64,000 bases of DNA from a virus: positions 1 to 64,000 of the IMG/VR virus record IMGVR_UViG_3300042010_000040. One strand, written 5' to 3'. Below the pieces are notes generated by a model. That model searched no databases and was not told the origin of the DNA. It was given only the letters and a program-made list of their open reading frames with translations. A program made the position numbers and the translations under genes. Of the stretch, positions 7,829-18,124 are shown piece after piece. Positions within the stretch are counted from its first letter, which is position 1; each line of letters opens with the position of its first letter.

Positions 7829-9946
7829 GTGAGCAACGATATTGTCTATGACATTGAGGCCGATGGGTTCGTTTTTGAGTCAACGAAAGTTTGGACAATT
7901 TGTTTGACTCATGTACAGACTAAAACTAAGCTGAAAATCAATCCCTTTAAAGATCCAAATGCTAAGGAGAAATTTCTAAAATTCATCTTCTCGTTTGGTG
8001 AATGCCCTAATATTATTGGGCACTTTATTTTGGGCTACGATAATTTCGTTGTTCAGAATCTTCTTGGGATTAATTTTACAGTTGGTAAAGACACGATTGA
8101 AGGTAAACCAGTTCAGTTTATTGATACTCTGTACCTCTCTATGTTCCTAAACCCTGATCGGGTCGGGCATAGTATCGAGGCTTTTGGTGAGGAATTAGGG
8201 CTTCCAAAAATTGATTGGCGAGCAAAGGCAGTTGAGCTAGGCCTTATTGAAAGGAATGCCCCAAACGGCGCAGAATTCCAACAATGGCACCCAGAAATGG
8301 ACGTGTATTGTGACCGAGATACAGACGTAAACGTCTTGGTTTATGAATATCTGCAAAAAGAGTGGCGACAAGTATACGGAAAAGAATTTTCTATTACTGA
8401 TGCTTATAAGTGTGGGCAGAAATCTTTCTATCTGATGTCTTGTCAAGAACTTACAGGTTTCAAGTTTGATGTTGAGGGGGGTAAGAAACTAGCAATCCGT
8501 ATTGAACAGATGATGGAAGAGATTCGTGCAGAAGTTGAACCACAACTACCTCCGCGTGCTCTGAAAAAGTCTGAAGAATCTTTTTATTCGATGCCAGCTA
8601 AGCCCTATAAAAAGGACATGACATATAGTTCAGCTTGGCTTAAGTTTGTTGAGAAACACAATGGTAAAGAACTTGAGCACAGTTTTGAAGGTGATCGTTG
8701 GGAATTCTATGGGAAGGAATACTTTGTAGAACCCGGACAGATGCTTGATATTAAGTTGCCAATGGAAATGGCTAACCAAGATCAAATGAAAGATTGGTTC
8801 TTGGAATCTGGATGGCAGCCAACACTCTGGAACTTTAAGCGAGGGCCAGACAATAAGCCAATGCGTGATCCTAAGACACGCCAATTAATCCAGACAAGTC
8901 CCAAGATTCAGGAACAGGGGAAGTTGTGTAAGAACCTTGAGAGGATGGAGGGACCGCTTGTTAAATTGGTTGTGAAGTGGCTTAGTTTGCGAAACCGTCA
9001 GTCTGTGTTGAATGGCTGGTTAACAAATGATCGTCTACAAATGGATGGGCGGATTGGTGCAGGCCGTAGTGGTATTGCTGCAACTCACCGGCAAAAGCAT
9101 AAAACTTGTGTGAACGTGCCTAAAGCATCAGAGAAGGTATTGCTTGGTAAAGAATTCCGTTCATTATGGATTTCCGATGATGGGATGTTGATTGCTGCTG
9201 GGGATGCCGCTGCGTTAGAGGGACGGGTTCAGGGACATTACTGTTTTAAATATGATGGTGGTGCAACCGCTGAAGAATTGTTAAAAGGTGATGTCCACTC
9301 TAAGAATGCTTTTGCTTTCTTTGGACATGAGAAAGACTTGCAGCAATTTGATTTCCATAGTCCAGACTTCAACAAGGAACATCCGAAATTCAAGCCGTAT
9401 CGGGACAAGAGTAAAAACGGATACTACGCCTGTATGTATGGCTGTGCTGGACCTAAGCTCGCCTCTACCTTGGGTCTTCCTGTAAAGATGGGCAATGATA
9501 AGTTAGAGGCGTTCTGGGAAGCTAACCCAGCAACGAAAGCCCTGAAAGAGAACCTAGAGAGATATTGGGAAAGTGTTGGGCGTAGTAAATATCTGCCCGC
9601 TATTGATGGTCGTATGCTTTGCACACGTAAAAAGTCCGCATTGCTGAATACAATTTTCCAAAGTTGTGGCGGTATTTCCATGGACTATGCACTTTGTTTT
9701 ATGGATGCGTGGCTTGGGGGCCTGAAGTGGAAAGATCGTAAACCCCACTACGTCTACAAAGGATTTATTGTAAAGCGTGTTGCCTATATGCACGACGAAG
9801 TAGAATTTGAGTGTGAAGAACCAATTGCAGAGGAAATTTCAAGAATGATCGAACGGGCTATTGAAAAAGCAGGTTTGTATTTAAATCTAAAAGTCCCTTT
9901 GGCGGGAGAAGGTAAGGTGGGGAAAAGCTGGTGCGAAGTTCACTAA
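7829..9946 (+). CDS. DNA polymerase, family A, with 3'-5' exonuclease
   Basis: DIEADG exo I, motif A GDAAALEGR, motif B KSKNGYYACMYG, motif C MHDE. Confidence 0.95.
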   Translation: MSNDIVYDIEADGFVFESTKVWTICLTHVQTKTKLKINPFKDPNAKEKFLKFIFSFGECPNIIGHFILGYDNFVVQNLLGINFTVGKDTIEGKPVQFIDTLYLSMFLNPDRVGHSIEAFGEELGLPKIDWRAKAVELGLIERNAPNGAEFQQWHPEMDVYCDRDTDVNVLVYEYLQKEWRQVYGKEFSITDAYKCGQKSFYLMSCQELTGFKFDVEGGKKLAIRIEQMMEEIRAEVEPQLPPRALKKSEESFYSMPAKPYKKDMTYSSAWLKFVEKHNGKELEHSFEGDRWEFYGKEYFVEPGQMLDIKLPMEMANQDQMKDWFLESGWQPTLWNFKRGPDNKPMRDPKTRQLIQTSPKIQEQGKLCKNLERMEGPLVKLVVKWLSLRNRQSVLNGWLTNDRLQMDGRIGAGRSGIAATHRQKHKTCVNVPKASEKVLLGKEFRSLWISDDGMLIAAGDAAALEGRVQGHYCFKYDGGATAEELLKGDVHSKNAFAFFGHEKDLQQFDFHSPDFNKEHPKFKPYRDKSKNGYYACMYGCAGPKLASTLGLPVKMGNDKLEAFWEANPATKALKENLERYWESVGRSKYLPAIDGRMLCTRKKSALLNTIFQSCGGISMDYALCFMDAWLGGLKWKDRKPHYVYKGFIVKRVAYMHDEVEFECEEPIAEEISRMIERAIEKAGLYLNLKVPLAGEGKVGKSWCEVH

Positions 9947-10903
9947 GAGAGTTTTTCATTAATCAGATACCATTCGATAGGAAAAATGAAGGTGGTATTT
10001 ATAAAATACAAAACCTGATAAACGGAAAAGTATATGTAGGTAAGACTGTTAATTTCCGTAAAAGGTATGTATCATATAAGTCCAGTTACTTTAACAATAC
10101 ACCGAGACAGATCAATGCTTACTTCAGAAGCGCTATAGATAAAACAAAACCTGAGAACTTTAGCTTTTCTGTACTTGAGTTCTGCGATGTTGATATCATG
10201 GCTGAAAGAGAATTGTTTTGGATGGTTGAGTTATCCTCGACAGATTCAGAGAAAGGATATAACCTACGAATGGATTCCTCTACAGGAATGATTACTCACG
10301 ATTCAACACGAGAAAAGATTTCCAATCGTTTGAAAAAGGAGTATAGTGACGGAACACGTTCTGCTGAAGAGATGGGAGTTTTCTTTAGTAAAATGTGGGA
10401 AGATGAAGAGCTAAAAGACCAGATGAGGCAACAAATCTCAGAAAGTCGAAGATCTTTCTTTATCCAGAGCACGAAAGATGGTAAAGTAGTTGCTGTGTGG
10501 AACGGTGTCAATCAGGTTATGAACCACAACAAAGACTACAAGTGGCAGAACGTCTGCGGCATGCAATGGAAACAAGAAGAATTATCGTGGTTTCTTGTGG
10601 AAACGTGTTGATGAACTTGAGGAATGGATGCTAGACTATCTCGTGACGGATAACACTGATTTAGCGGGAAGAAGTGCTGATGAAAGCGTCTATCAGACTG
10701 GGAAGTATCACCGGGGTGGATTGTGGATTTACGAAGTTTCAGACGGTGAGAACACCGAAGAAATGGCTGGTAAAGACTTGCGGATATTGCTTCCTAACAT
10801 CTATGGTGTTTTCTATAGGCTCAAGACTGATACTGTGAAACACAAAGGATATACGATCACAAGACGTAAATTTGGTGAAAATATCGCTGTACAAACCCAA
10901 TAA
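9931..10903 (+). pseudogene. GIY-YIG homing endonuclease, frameshifted near 10555 (ORFs 9931-10611 and 10595-10903)
   Basis: GIYKIQN...VYVGK catalytic domain; the NUMOD1-like motif AACNGNKKNYRGFLWK continues in the +1 frame. Confidence 0.75.
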
Positions 10904-10950
10904 TTCGCGTATAATTGATAGTACAAATTAAATTGTAAAGGAGAGAAGAG

Positions 10951-11412
10951 ATGAAAGAGCTTGTAGGAAAGACAATCAAAGAGCTTTATGTGAACCAAGA
11001 CCAATCACTACTGAAGTTTGTTACTGATCAAGGTGAATTAATTTACGAAACTGAAGGCGACTGTTGCTCTGAGACATGGTTTGCTGATATCATCTTCAAC
11101 TGGAAATTCTTTCAAACACCAGTTACAGATGTCACTGAACTAGAAGTGCCTGAATGGCTTGATCGGCTTATTACTAAAGATGGGCGTACACGGCAAGAGT
11201 TTGATCAGGCATATGGGTATAACATTAAGGCTGACTCAACAACCAGCACATTCTACAGTGGTAACGGGACAAGTTGTGATATCGTTTTCCGTAACTCAAG
11301 CAACGGTTACTATGGTGGCTCTTGCGGTTTGATGGATCAAGACAGTAAATGGTCTAAAGAAAAGCTTGAAGAAGCAGCATGGACTCAAATCACTGAAGAT
11401 TGGCAAGCGTAA
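10951..11412 (+). CDS. Hypothetical protein (GDCCS and SNGYYGG motifs)
   Basis: Strong SD, 153 aa. Confidence 0.75.
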   Translation: MKELVGKTIKELYVNQDQSLLKFVTDQGELIYETEGDCCSETWFADIIFNWKFFQTPVTDVTELEVPEWLDRLITKDGRTRQEFDQAYGYNIKADSTTSTFYSGNGTSCDIVFRNSSNGYYGGSCGLMDQDSKWSKEKLEEAAWTQITEDWQA

Positions 11413-11439
11413 TTTAAATTAAAACTGAGGAGAAATAAC

Positions 11440-11610
11440 ATGATTACTAAGATTCAATACACTGTAGCAGACGACACCACTATCTATGCAGAAGTTGAAA
11501 CACGAGCGATCGCTCGTGCATATCTTCGCGACTTGAAAGCTAATGGGAATAAGTCTGTGAAGATTTATCAAGAAGAGTTCGCTCGTATTGCTAGCAAACA
11601 GGTGCGATAG
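11440..11610 (+). CDS. Small hypothetical protein (56 aa, MITKIQYTVADD...)
   Basis: GAGGAGA SD; below the ORF-track cutoff. Confidence 0.65.
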   Translation: MITKIQYTVADDTTIYAEVETRAIARAYLRDLKANGNKSVKIYQEEFARIASKQVR

Positions 11611-11611
11611 T

Positions 11612-11878
11612 ATGGGTACAGTAACCCTTCGCGATTCTGTAGAAAAAGTTGGTGATGCGTCAATTTCTACTGTAGAATATGTCTTCTCAGATATTCAGGA
11701 CTTTCTACTTTGGGAGTCAAGTAAACGTGATGCTATGAGTCAGGCTGTAAAGAGCTTTGTTGATAGTCAGTTGTTTGGTGATCATCTTTCGGGTGAAAGC
11801 CCTTTTGAGAACGAAGAAGCTGGGAATGTTACAGAGATTAAAGTGGCTAAAAAGAAAACTGCACCAACTAAACATTAA
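11612..11878 (+). CDS. Hypothetical protein
   Basis: ATG just after the previous stop, with AGGTG SD. Confidence 0.6.
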   Translation: MGTVTLRDSVEKVGDASISTVEYVFSDIQDFLLWESSKRDAMSQAVKSFVDSQLFGDHLSGESPFENEEAGNVTEIKVAKKKTAPTKH

Positions 11879-11892
11879 TTAAGGAGAAGTGA

Positions 11893-12111
11893 GTGAAAGT
11901 TGCATTTTTCGGTATCGTTGTTGTAATTGCTGCAATCCTGATGGCTCTAGCAGTTGTCTCAGGTATTGGTTATGGTCTATACTTGTTGGGTGTTGTTGGT
12001 CTAACATTTGGTCCAGCAGCTTGGGCAGGATTTGTACTGTGGGCTAAGATGCTCGGCGGCGGTTTTGTGTTGTACATCGTCGGTATTCTTGGTGTTACGC
12101 TCAGTAAGTAA
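11893..12111 (+). CDS. Small membrane protein (2 TM)
   Basis: Hydrophobic Gly-rich sequence, AAGGAG SD. Confidence 0.7.
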   Translation: MKVAFFGIVVVIAAILMALAVVSGIGYGLYLLGVVGLTFGPAAWAGFVLWAKMLGGGFVLYIVGILGVTLSK

Positions 12112-12203
12112 AAGAATTTGTGAGAAATCACAATGTTGCCAAGATGGCAAGCGATGTAAATGTAAGCAATAATTAAACTAAAATTGAAAAGGTAATTTAA
12201 AAG

Positions 12204-12830
12204 ATGGCAACTGTAACTGGTATTCTGGCATACGTTAAACTGCAACAACCTGACTTCAAATATGGCTCTACTACTGAGAAAGAGTTTGCTGTAAATCTCA
12301 TTGTAGATAAGCCTACAGCTAAAGCTTGGAACAAAGAGTTTCCGAAGCAGAAAGCAAAAGAAGTTGATCGTGCAGACTTTGAAAAGTCTTACAAGATTGC
12401 TCCTCCGACAGACGATGATGTATTCTTTGTATTGAGCATTCGTAAACCTGCACAGTATAAGGATGGTAACCCCATTCCTGATGCAATGCGTCCACGAGCT
12501 TTTATCAAAGGTGAAAATGGTAAACTTCAAGACATCACTAAAGATGTTCTGATTGCAAACGGCTCTGTTGGTACTGTGAGCTACGATGTAAAAGATAATG
12601 ACTTTGGTCACTTCTCCAGTCTCAAAGCTGTTCGTGTTGATCAGTTGATTGAGTACAAGAAGAAAGGTGGTGCTTCCAATGACTTCTCTGAGCTTGGTGA
12701 TGTAGAGAGTTTGGCGACTGACTTTGAGGAGATTCCTGAACGTGTTCAGAGTGAGGCTCAGAAGGCTGTAGCTGCTAAGAAAGTCGAAGAGCCTGAAGAG
12801 GATTTTGACAGCGAACAATTACCTTTCTGA
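12204..12830 (+). CDS. Single-stranded DNA-binding protein (T7 gp2.5-like)
   Basis: IANGS motif, acidic tail ending EQLPF, located in the replication block. Confidence 0.8.
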   Translation: MATVTGILAYVKLQQPDFKYGSTTEKEFAVNLIVDKPTAKAWNKEFPKQKAKEVDRADFEKSYKIAPPTDDDVFFVLSIRKPAQYKDGNPIPDAMRPRAFIKGENGKLQDITKDVLIANGSVGTVSYDVKDNDFGHFSSLKAVRVDQLIEYKKKGGASNDFSELGDVESLATDFEEIPERVQSEAQKAVAAKKVEEPEEDFDSEQLPF

Positions 12831-12877
12831 TCTAACACACCGACTCAAGGATGAGTCACTTATTTAAGGAGAGATTT

Positions 12878-13366
12878 ATGAGCACCACCGAACAAGTTGG
12901 AAAAGTTGTTGATCTTACCCAAGAACTAAACATGATTGTAAATATCGAGAAAACTAAAGCCCTGAAGACTTTGGCTAAGTTTGATATTGAATGGTCAGAG
13001 AATCGTCAGATCGTAAAACACTACCCGCTTGATGATATGTGTTTTATTAATAATCCTGAGCAGTTGGCAAAGAAGCTTGAAAACCTGTCTCACGCGTTTT
13101 GGCTGACGTTCAATCACTACGTTGAACAAGCAATTGGCCCACAAGTTCCTGTACTGGAGACGGGTGTTCTGAGTCCTTGTGAATGGGGTGAACGTCCAGA
13201 AAAACCTAAGAAGATTGGTAAGATTTATACTTGTCAACCAAATCGGTTTATGACTGTAAACAAGCCAACTGAAGTTGTTCAACCATATTTGTATTCTTAT
13301 GATAATCTTAAAGAAGATCATAAAGAGTTGATGGGTGAAATTAACTTTGGTATTGAAATTTATTAA
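12878..13366 (+). CDS. Hypothetical protein
   Basis: AAGGAGA SD before MSTTEQ. Confidence 0.7.
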   Translation: MSTTEQVGKVVDLTQELNMIVNIEKTKALKTLAKFDIEWSENRQIVKHYPLDDMCFINNPEQLAKKLENLSHAFWLTFNHYVEQAIGPQVPVLETGVLSPCEWGERPEKPKKIGKIYTCQPNRFMTVNKPTEVVQPYLYSYDNLKEDHKELMGEINFGIEIY

Positions 13367-13379
13367 TTAGGAAACATAT

Positions 13380-13637
13380 ATGATTAGCGAAAAAGAACTG
13401 TTTGATCGACTGGCAGATTTGGAATCTCAGAAATTGGTATTGGCTGAAGATATTCGTCAGCTCAAAGCAGACAGCAAGTATAACGAAGATGATTGCCCTC
13501 AAGGTTTGACTGCTGAAGTTATTAAGTTGGTTGCAGTGGCTGCTAAACTTGAAGCCAAGCTTGATTTTGAAGAAAAGAAAGATGCTGCGAATGCTGTGTT
13601 CAAGAAGTATGAAGAGCTGACTCAGTATAATGATTGA
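13380..13637 (+). CDS. Small helical dsDNA-binding protein (T4 DsbA/GapR-like)
   Basis: LESQKLVLAEDIRQLKAD coiled pattern, 85 aa. Confidence 0.55.
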   Translation: MISEKELFDRLADLESQKLVLAEDIRQLKADSKYNEDDCPQGLTAEVIKLVAVAAKLEAKLDFEEKKDAANAVFKKYEELTQYND

Positions 13638-13644
13638 TTTAATT

Positions 13645-13667
13645 GCCCCGAAAGGGGCTTTCTTTTA
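13645..13667 (+). terminator. Intrinsic terminator
   Basis: gcccc-gaaa-ggggc followed by ttttctttt. Confidence 0.85.
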
Positions 13668-13677
13668 GGAGAAAGCA

Positions 13678-14739
13678 GTGAGTGATAAATATGAACTCGT
13701 TTTACTAGACGCCGATACTCCCGTCTTTAAGGCCGCAAAGTCTGTACAACAAGATTACATTATGGTGACACGGAAGTCTGATGGTGCAACAAAACGTTAC
13801 CCTAATAAAACTGCATTCTGGGGCCATCATAAAAAGAAAGAAGGTGGTGAACTTGCAAAGAATAATCTTATTCGTATTGAGCGTGGGCTTGAGCCAAACA
13901 AACCAGAAGATTATGAGATTGAAGAGTGTGCTGAGTTAGTTCCTGAAATTGAGGATCACGTAGCGGCAGGAGTGGAACAGTTTGACCGTTTCGTAGGTAA
14001 AATTAAGGGGCTAAACCTCGCTGAAGACTATAGGCTAGGCATTGGCGGGAGTGGTAACTTTCGCTACGAAATAGCCCAGCAATTGCCCTATAAGGGAGCT
14101 AGGAAGGACAAGCCACTTCTATTCCTTGAGATTAAAGAAGCGATCATTAAAAAGTATCGAAACAAAGTTGTTGTGGTTGATAATGAGGAAGTGGATGATT
14201 GGTGTTCAATCAAGGGTTATGAAAACTACAAACACTATCTTAAAACTGGTAAGTGGAAGTATGTTCTCGGGTTTCTTGATAAAGACATCAAACAAGTAAT
14301 TTCTCCTCAGTTTAACTTTGATGATCAATTCCCAGAAGTAATTATCCCGACACCATTTGAAGCTGCTAAATGTTTTGCAAGTCAGTGTCTTAGTGGTGAT
14401 TTGTCTACTGACAATATTCTTGGCTTGCCAAACTTCACCAAAGAGATTCAAGAGAAATACCAGCTAGGTGGAACTCGCGGTATTGGTAAAGCAACTGCTC
14501 TGAAGTACCTTGAAGGTTGTGAGACTGTTAAGGATTTGTTTGAAAGGGTTGTTGAAGCTTATAAGAGTTACTACGGTACTGAAAAGCAAGAGTTGGTTAG
14601 TCATACAGGTCAAGCTTTGATGTGGGATTATCTAGACTTCCTTCAGGATAGCGCCCAGTTGTTGTATCTGCGAAGAGAAGAAGGTGAGATGTATCATGTG
14701 TGTACGACGTTAGATAAACTTGGTATTAGCTATGTTTAA
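13678..14739 (+). CDS. 5'-3' exonuclease (T7 gp6/RNase H-like)
   Basis: LLDAD, YKGAR, EVDD, DKD, GDxxDNILG, GIGK. Confidence 0.88.
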   Translation: MSDKYELVLLDADTPVFKAAKSVQQDYIMVTRKSDGATKRYPNKTAFWGHHKKKEGGELAKNNLIRIERGLEPNKPEDYEIEECAELVPEIEDHVAAGVEQFDRFVGKIKGLNLAEDYRLGIGGSGNFRYEIAQQLPYKGARKDKPLLFLEIKEAIIKKYRNKVVVVDNEEVDDWCSIKGYENYKHYLKTGKWKYVLGFLDKDIKQVISPQFNFDDQFPEVIIPTPFEAAKCFASQCLSGDLSTDNILGLPNFTKEIQEKYQLGGTRGIGKATALKYLEGCETVKDLFERVVEAYKSYYGTEKQELVSHTGQALMWDYLDFLQDSAQLLYLRREEGEMYHVCTTLDKLGISYV

Positions 14740-15286
14740 AGAGCCTTGGCTAACACCAGAAGGACTGAAGATATGGAAGACTGAATCCCAATATTGGCAA
14801 TGGCTTCGTGGCTCACTTCGACGACTTTGGGGGGATTACCCTCTACGTAAACAATGGAAAGCTAACCAACTACGTTTAATTACACCAGAAGAGAAAGCTA
14901 GTAAGAAGTTTCATCCCTCTACAAAGAATCTTGGGCAATGTTTTTATTGCGGTGAATGGTTTGCTGGAAGTAAACTAGAATGTGACCACAAGACTCCTTC
15001 AGATGGTTGTATATCAAAAGAGACAGCAGAGAGTTTTCTGTGGTATTGTGGAGGCGGTGTTGGGGATGAGTGGGTGTTAAGTTGTAAGCCCTGCCACAAA
15101 GTGAAGACACACTCTGAACGTCAAGGATTGACAATGGAAGAGAGTCGGATAGATAAAGAAATCATTGCTATTATGAATGCTAAAGCTGATAGACAGTGGT
15201 TGATTGATCATGATATAGTGCCAGCAAGCAACGCCAAGAAAAGGCGTAAGCAAATTGAGGAGAAAATGAAGAATGAGCACAGTTGA
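14732..15286 (+). CDS. HNH endonuclease (core replication/recombination type)
   Basis: CFYC...ECDHK...CKPCHKVKT. Confidence 0.8.
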   Translation: MFKEPWLTPEGLKIWKTESQYWQWLRGSLRRLWGDYPLRKQWKANQLRLITPEEKASKKFHPSTKNLGQCFYCGEWFAGSKLECDHKTPSDGCISKETAESFLWYCGGGVGDEWVLSCKPCHKVKTHSERQGLTMEESRIDKEIIAIMNAKADRQWLIDHDIVPASNAKKRRKQIEEKMKNEHS

Positions 15287-15548
15287 GAGAAATAAAGGTG
15301 TTCTTATTGCAACAGATATAGACACTGAACATTTCACAGAAGAAGATTTTGAAACATACTCAGAGAATGGGTTTGTTATTATAGACAATGAAATTTATGA
15401 AGTTCAATGGGAAGTTCAGCGAGAGACTGACTGCGATTATTTTGTAGATGTTGAAGTAAACAAAGAAACTGGTAGTATTTATTTTCACACAATGCACTAT
15501 AACGGTGGTGCTCACTGGACTGAAGTTGTAGAGAGGGCTTTGAAATGA
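15273..15548 (+). CDS. Hypothetical acidic protein
   Basis: Coupled ORF with HYNGG motif. Confidence 0.65.
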   Translation: MSTVERNKGVLIATDIDTEHFTEEDFETYSENGFVIIDNEIYEVQWEVQRETDCDYFVDVEVNKETGSIYFHTMHYNGGAHWTEVVERALK

Positions 15549-15724
15549 CTAACAAAATCACAAAAGAGTTTCTTTTCACCGAACTGAGTATTAAGATTGC
15601 AACTTTGGAAATGAAGTTGGATAAAATTCTAAGTTTGTTGGATAAGCCTAAAGATGATAATGATCGTCTGGCGGACGAAACAATCGTAGAGTGGGCTGAT
15701 AGGCTGGGAGGGCTGAATAAATGA
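15545..15724 (+). CDS. Small hypothetical protein (59 aa)
   Basis: ATGA overlaps at both ends. Confidence 0.55.
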   Translation: MTNKITKEFLFTELSIKIATLEMKLDKILSLLDKPKDDNDRLADETIVEWADRLGGLNK

Positions 15725-15841
15725 ATCAGCAAAACTCATTATCTGATCCTTGGACAGCAACCCTTGCAGCAAACGTAGTTGAATACGGGGCGATGTTTTA
15801 TGTGTGGTGCTCACAATTGGGTGTGTAACCGGAGGTTAGAT

Positions 15842-16057
15842 ATGTCAGTAATAGAGATGTTTCCTAAGAAACCAGACACAGATAAGTCAGTTGATCACAC
15901 TATCTCTAAGTTGGATTTCTGGAAAGGGAGGAATGAGATTATAAGTCGTGACTTTAATACTTTTAGTGTTTACCAGAAACAGGAGACGCTTGACACTGTA
16001 CTTGACATCAATAACAAGCTATATCAGCTTATTTTAGAATTGAAGGGAGAGATTTAA
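15842..16057 (+). CDS. Hypothetical protein
   Basis: GGAGG SD before MSVIEMFPKK. Confidence 0.65.
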   Translation: MSVIEMFPKKPDTDKSVDHTISKLDFWKGRNEIISRDFNTFSVYQKQETLDTVLDINNKLYQLILELKGEI

Positions 16058-16975
16058 TTGAGTGAAGTAGAATGGAAACAACATGCAATTGAACTAGCTA
16101 AGACTGGAAAGAGCTGGAGGAAGATTTCTGAGTTGTTGGATAAGCCACGCTCTACTGTCTCTGATTATCTGCGTAAAGAGTTTAAATCTGTAGCAGTCAC
16201 TGCAAAGAAAGGTCCAAGAGTTCTCATTTACGACATTGAAACGGCCCCATTGCTTGGCTACTGCTGGTCGCTTTGGGATAATAATATCGGTCTAAATCAG
16301 ATTCATTCTGACTGGCATGTATTGAGCTGGGCAGCTAAATGGATGGGTGAAGAGGATGTCTATTATCAAGACCAACGAGACGTTAAGAACGTAGAAGATG
16401 ACAAACAACTTCTACAAGGTATTTGGAAACTTCTGGACGAGTGTGATTTTGTAATTACGCAGAATGGTAAAAAATTCGACCAGAAAAAACTTAATGCCCG
16501 TTTTGTTATTCATGGTATGAAGCCTCCATCTACTTATCGTCACATTGACGTTTTGCAGATTGCTAAATCTCAGTTTGGTTTTACGTCGAATAAGTTGCAG
16601 TACATGACAGAGACTTTGTGTAAGAAGTATAAGAAGTCTGGTCACGCTAAGTTCTCAGGGTTTGAGCTTTGGAGCGAGTGCCTTAACGGGAATATTGAAG
16701 CTTGGTCTGAAATGGAAAATTATAATATTCTAGATATCTTGAGCCTAGAAGAACTTTACTCCATTATCAGTCCGTGGGACGCCAAACTTCCTAACTTCTC
16801 GGTTTACGATGATGAACCAAGTGAAAATGAAGAGTGGGTAAAGGATGGTTTTGTCTATTCCAACTTGGGTAAATACGATCGTTATCGAAATACTGTTACA
16901 GGTCAACAACGACGTGGGAATATTAATCTCTTGTCGAAAGAAAAACGAGATAGTCTATTGAGGAATATTGTTTAA
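16058..16975 (+). CDS. DnaQ/RNase H-like 3'-5' exonuclease with N-terminal HTH
   Basis: YDIETAP, QNGKKFD, YNILD; HTH GKSWRKISELLDKPRSTVSDYLRK. Confidence 0.82.
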   Translation: MSEVEWKQHAIELAKTGKSWRKISELLDKPRSTVSDYLRKEFKSVAVTAKKGPRVLIYDIETAPLLGYCWSLWDNNIGLNQIHSDWHVLSWAAKWMGEEDVYYQDQRDVKNVEDDKQLLQGIWKLLDECDFVITQNGKKFDQKKLNARFVIHGMKPPSTYRHIDVLQIAKSQFGFTSNKLQYMTETLCKKYKKSGHAKFSGFELWSECLNGNIEAWSEMENYNILDILSLEELYSIISPWDAKLPNFSVYDDEPSENEEWVKDGFVYSNLGKYDRYRNTVTGQQRRGNINLLSKEKRDSLLRNIV

Positions 16976-16977
16976 AA

Positions 16978-17445
16978 ATGGGATCACCAATACATTACCT
17001 AACAAGGACAAGAGAACATAATATATGGGCAGGGATGCGCCAGAGATGTTATGATTTCAACAGCAAAGATTTCCCTCAGTATGGTGCCAAGGAAGTTAGA
17101 GTTTACAGTCCTTGGTTTGAATCCTTCGTGGATTTCCTTGATTATATGGGTCCATGCCCAGACGGGATGTCGTTAGACAGGTGGCCCAATAAAGATGGTA
17201 ACTATGAGCCGGGTAATGTTCGTTGGGCTACACATAGCGAACAAAATCATAATCGTGGTATGTTGAGGAATAATAAATCTGGCAAGAATGGTGTATTTGA
17301 GTTAAAATCTGGTGGAGGGTTTCAGGCTTGCATTATGTTTCAAAAGAAGAGAATTCACTTAGGTACGTTCCAGACTTTTGAAGAGGCAAAGGAAGCTAGA
17401 GAGCAAGCTGAACTTAAATACTTAGGAGTTATTAAAGAGGTATAA
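16978..17445 (+). CDS. HNH-AP2 homing endonuclease
   Basis: MRQRCY, SLDRWPNKDGNYEPGNVRWAT, AP2 HLGTFQTFEEA. Confidence 0.88.
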   Translation: MGSPIHYLTRTREHNIWAGMRQRCYDFNSKDFPQYGAKEVRVYSPWFESFVDFLDYMGPCPDGMSLDRWPNKDGNYEPGNVRWATHSEQNHNRGMLRNNKSGKNGVFELKSGGGFQACIMFQKKRIHLGTFQTFEEAKEAREQAELKYLGVIKEV

Positions 17446-17601
17446 GTGGAAGACTACAAACTAAAGAACACTGTCAACCGCTTGGAGAATTCGGTTGACA
17501 GCCTGACTAGAGAGCTATACACTCTCAAGCAACAACAGAAAGATATGTTGGAACAAATTAAACGCCTAAAGGAAATGAATAATGACGGGTCGGGAAAGTA
17601 A
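17446..17601 (+). CDS. Small coiled-coil protein (51 aa)
   Basis: GAGG SD + GTG, heptad pattern. Confidence 0.55.
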   Translation: MEDYKLKNTVNRLENSVDSLTRELYTLKQQQKDMLEQIKRLKEMNNDGSGK

Positions 17602-18124
17602 AAAGTACCAAGTTGGCGATAAAGTAATATCAATCACAGACACACCACAAGTCCCTGAAGGGTTTATTGGGTATGTTGTACAAAACGGAAGCACGTTTGG
17701 TTATGCTGTCCGTGGCGAACACAGCGTTGCAACAGAGTATTTTGAAGAACATGAACTGGAGTTGCTGAGTGTTAACCAATCCTCAATCACCAGACCAATT
17801 CTTACAGAACGTAAAGTTGGCAAAGTTCAGATGGACCTATTCGATTCAGGCTTCCCTAACGCTATCAATGAAGTTGCAAAGGTAATGACATGGGCGGCAG
17901 AGAACAAAGGTTATAAACCTCATGACTGGAAAGGTCTTCCAAATGCCGAAACTGAATTCTCTGCTGCTGCAAGTCGACACCGCGTAAAAGGTTTTATTCA
18001 GAAGGCTGAAGGTGTTGCAGCTATTGATAGGACGGATGAAGAGAGTAATATTGTTCATCTGGCTCACACAGCATTTAACATCTTGGCTGAACTTGAATTG
18101 GTGCTCACTGGTAAAATCCAATGA
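17582..18124 (+). CDS. dATP/dGTP diphosphohydrolase-domain protein (DUF5664-like) with N-terminal extension
   Basis: KxGKVQMDL...VAKVMTWAA...YKPHDWKG...RH...DEESNIVHLAH. Confidence 0.75.
   Translation: MTGRESKKYQVGDKVISITDTPQVPEGFIGYVVQNGSTFGYAVRGEHSVATEYFEEHELELLSVNQSSITRPILTERKVGKVQMDLFDSGFPNAINEVAKVMTWAAENKGYKPHDWKGLPNAETEFSAAASRHRVKGFIQKAEGVAAIDRTDEESNIVHLAHTAFNILAELELVLTGKIQ

Noticed and set aside
7829-10903. Group I intron in the DNA polymerase carrying the GIY-YIG gene
   Set aside because: The polymerase ends with a complete C-terminus (GKVGKSWCEVH); no downstream exon or intron core seen
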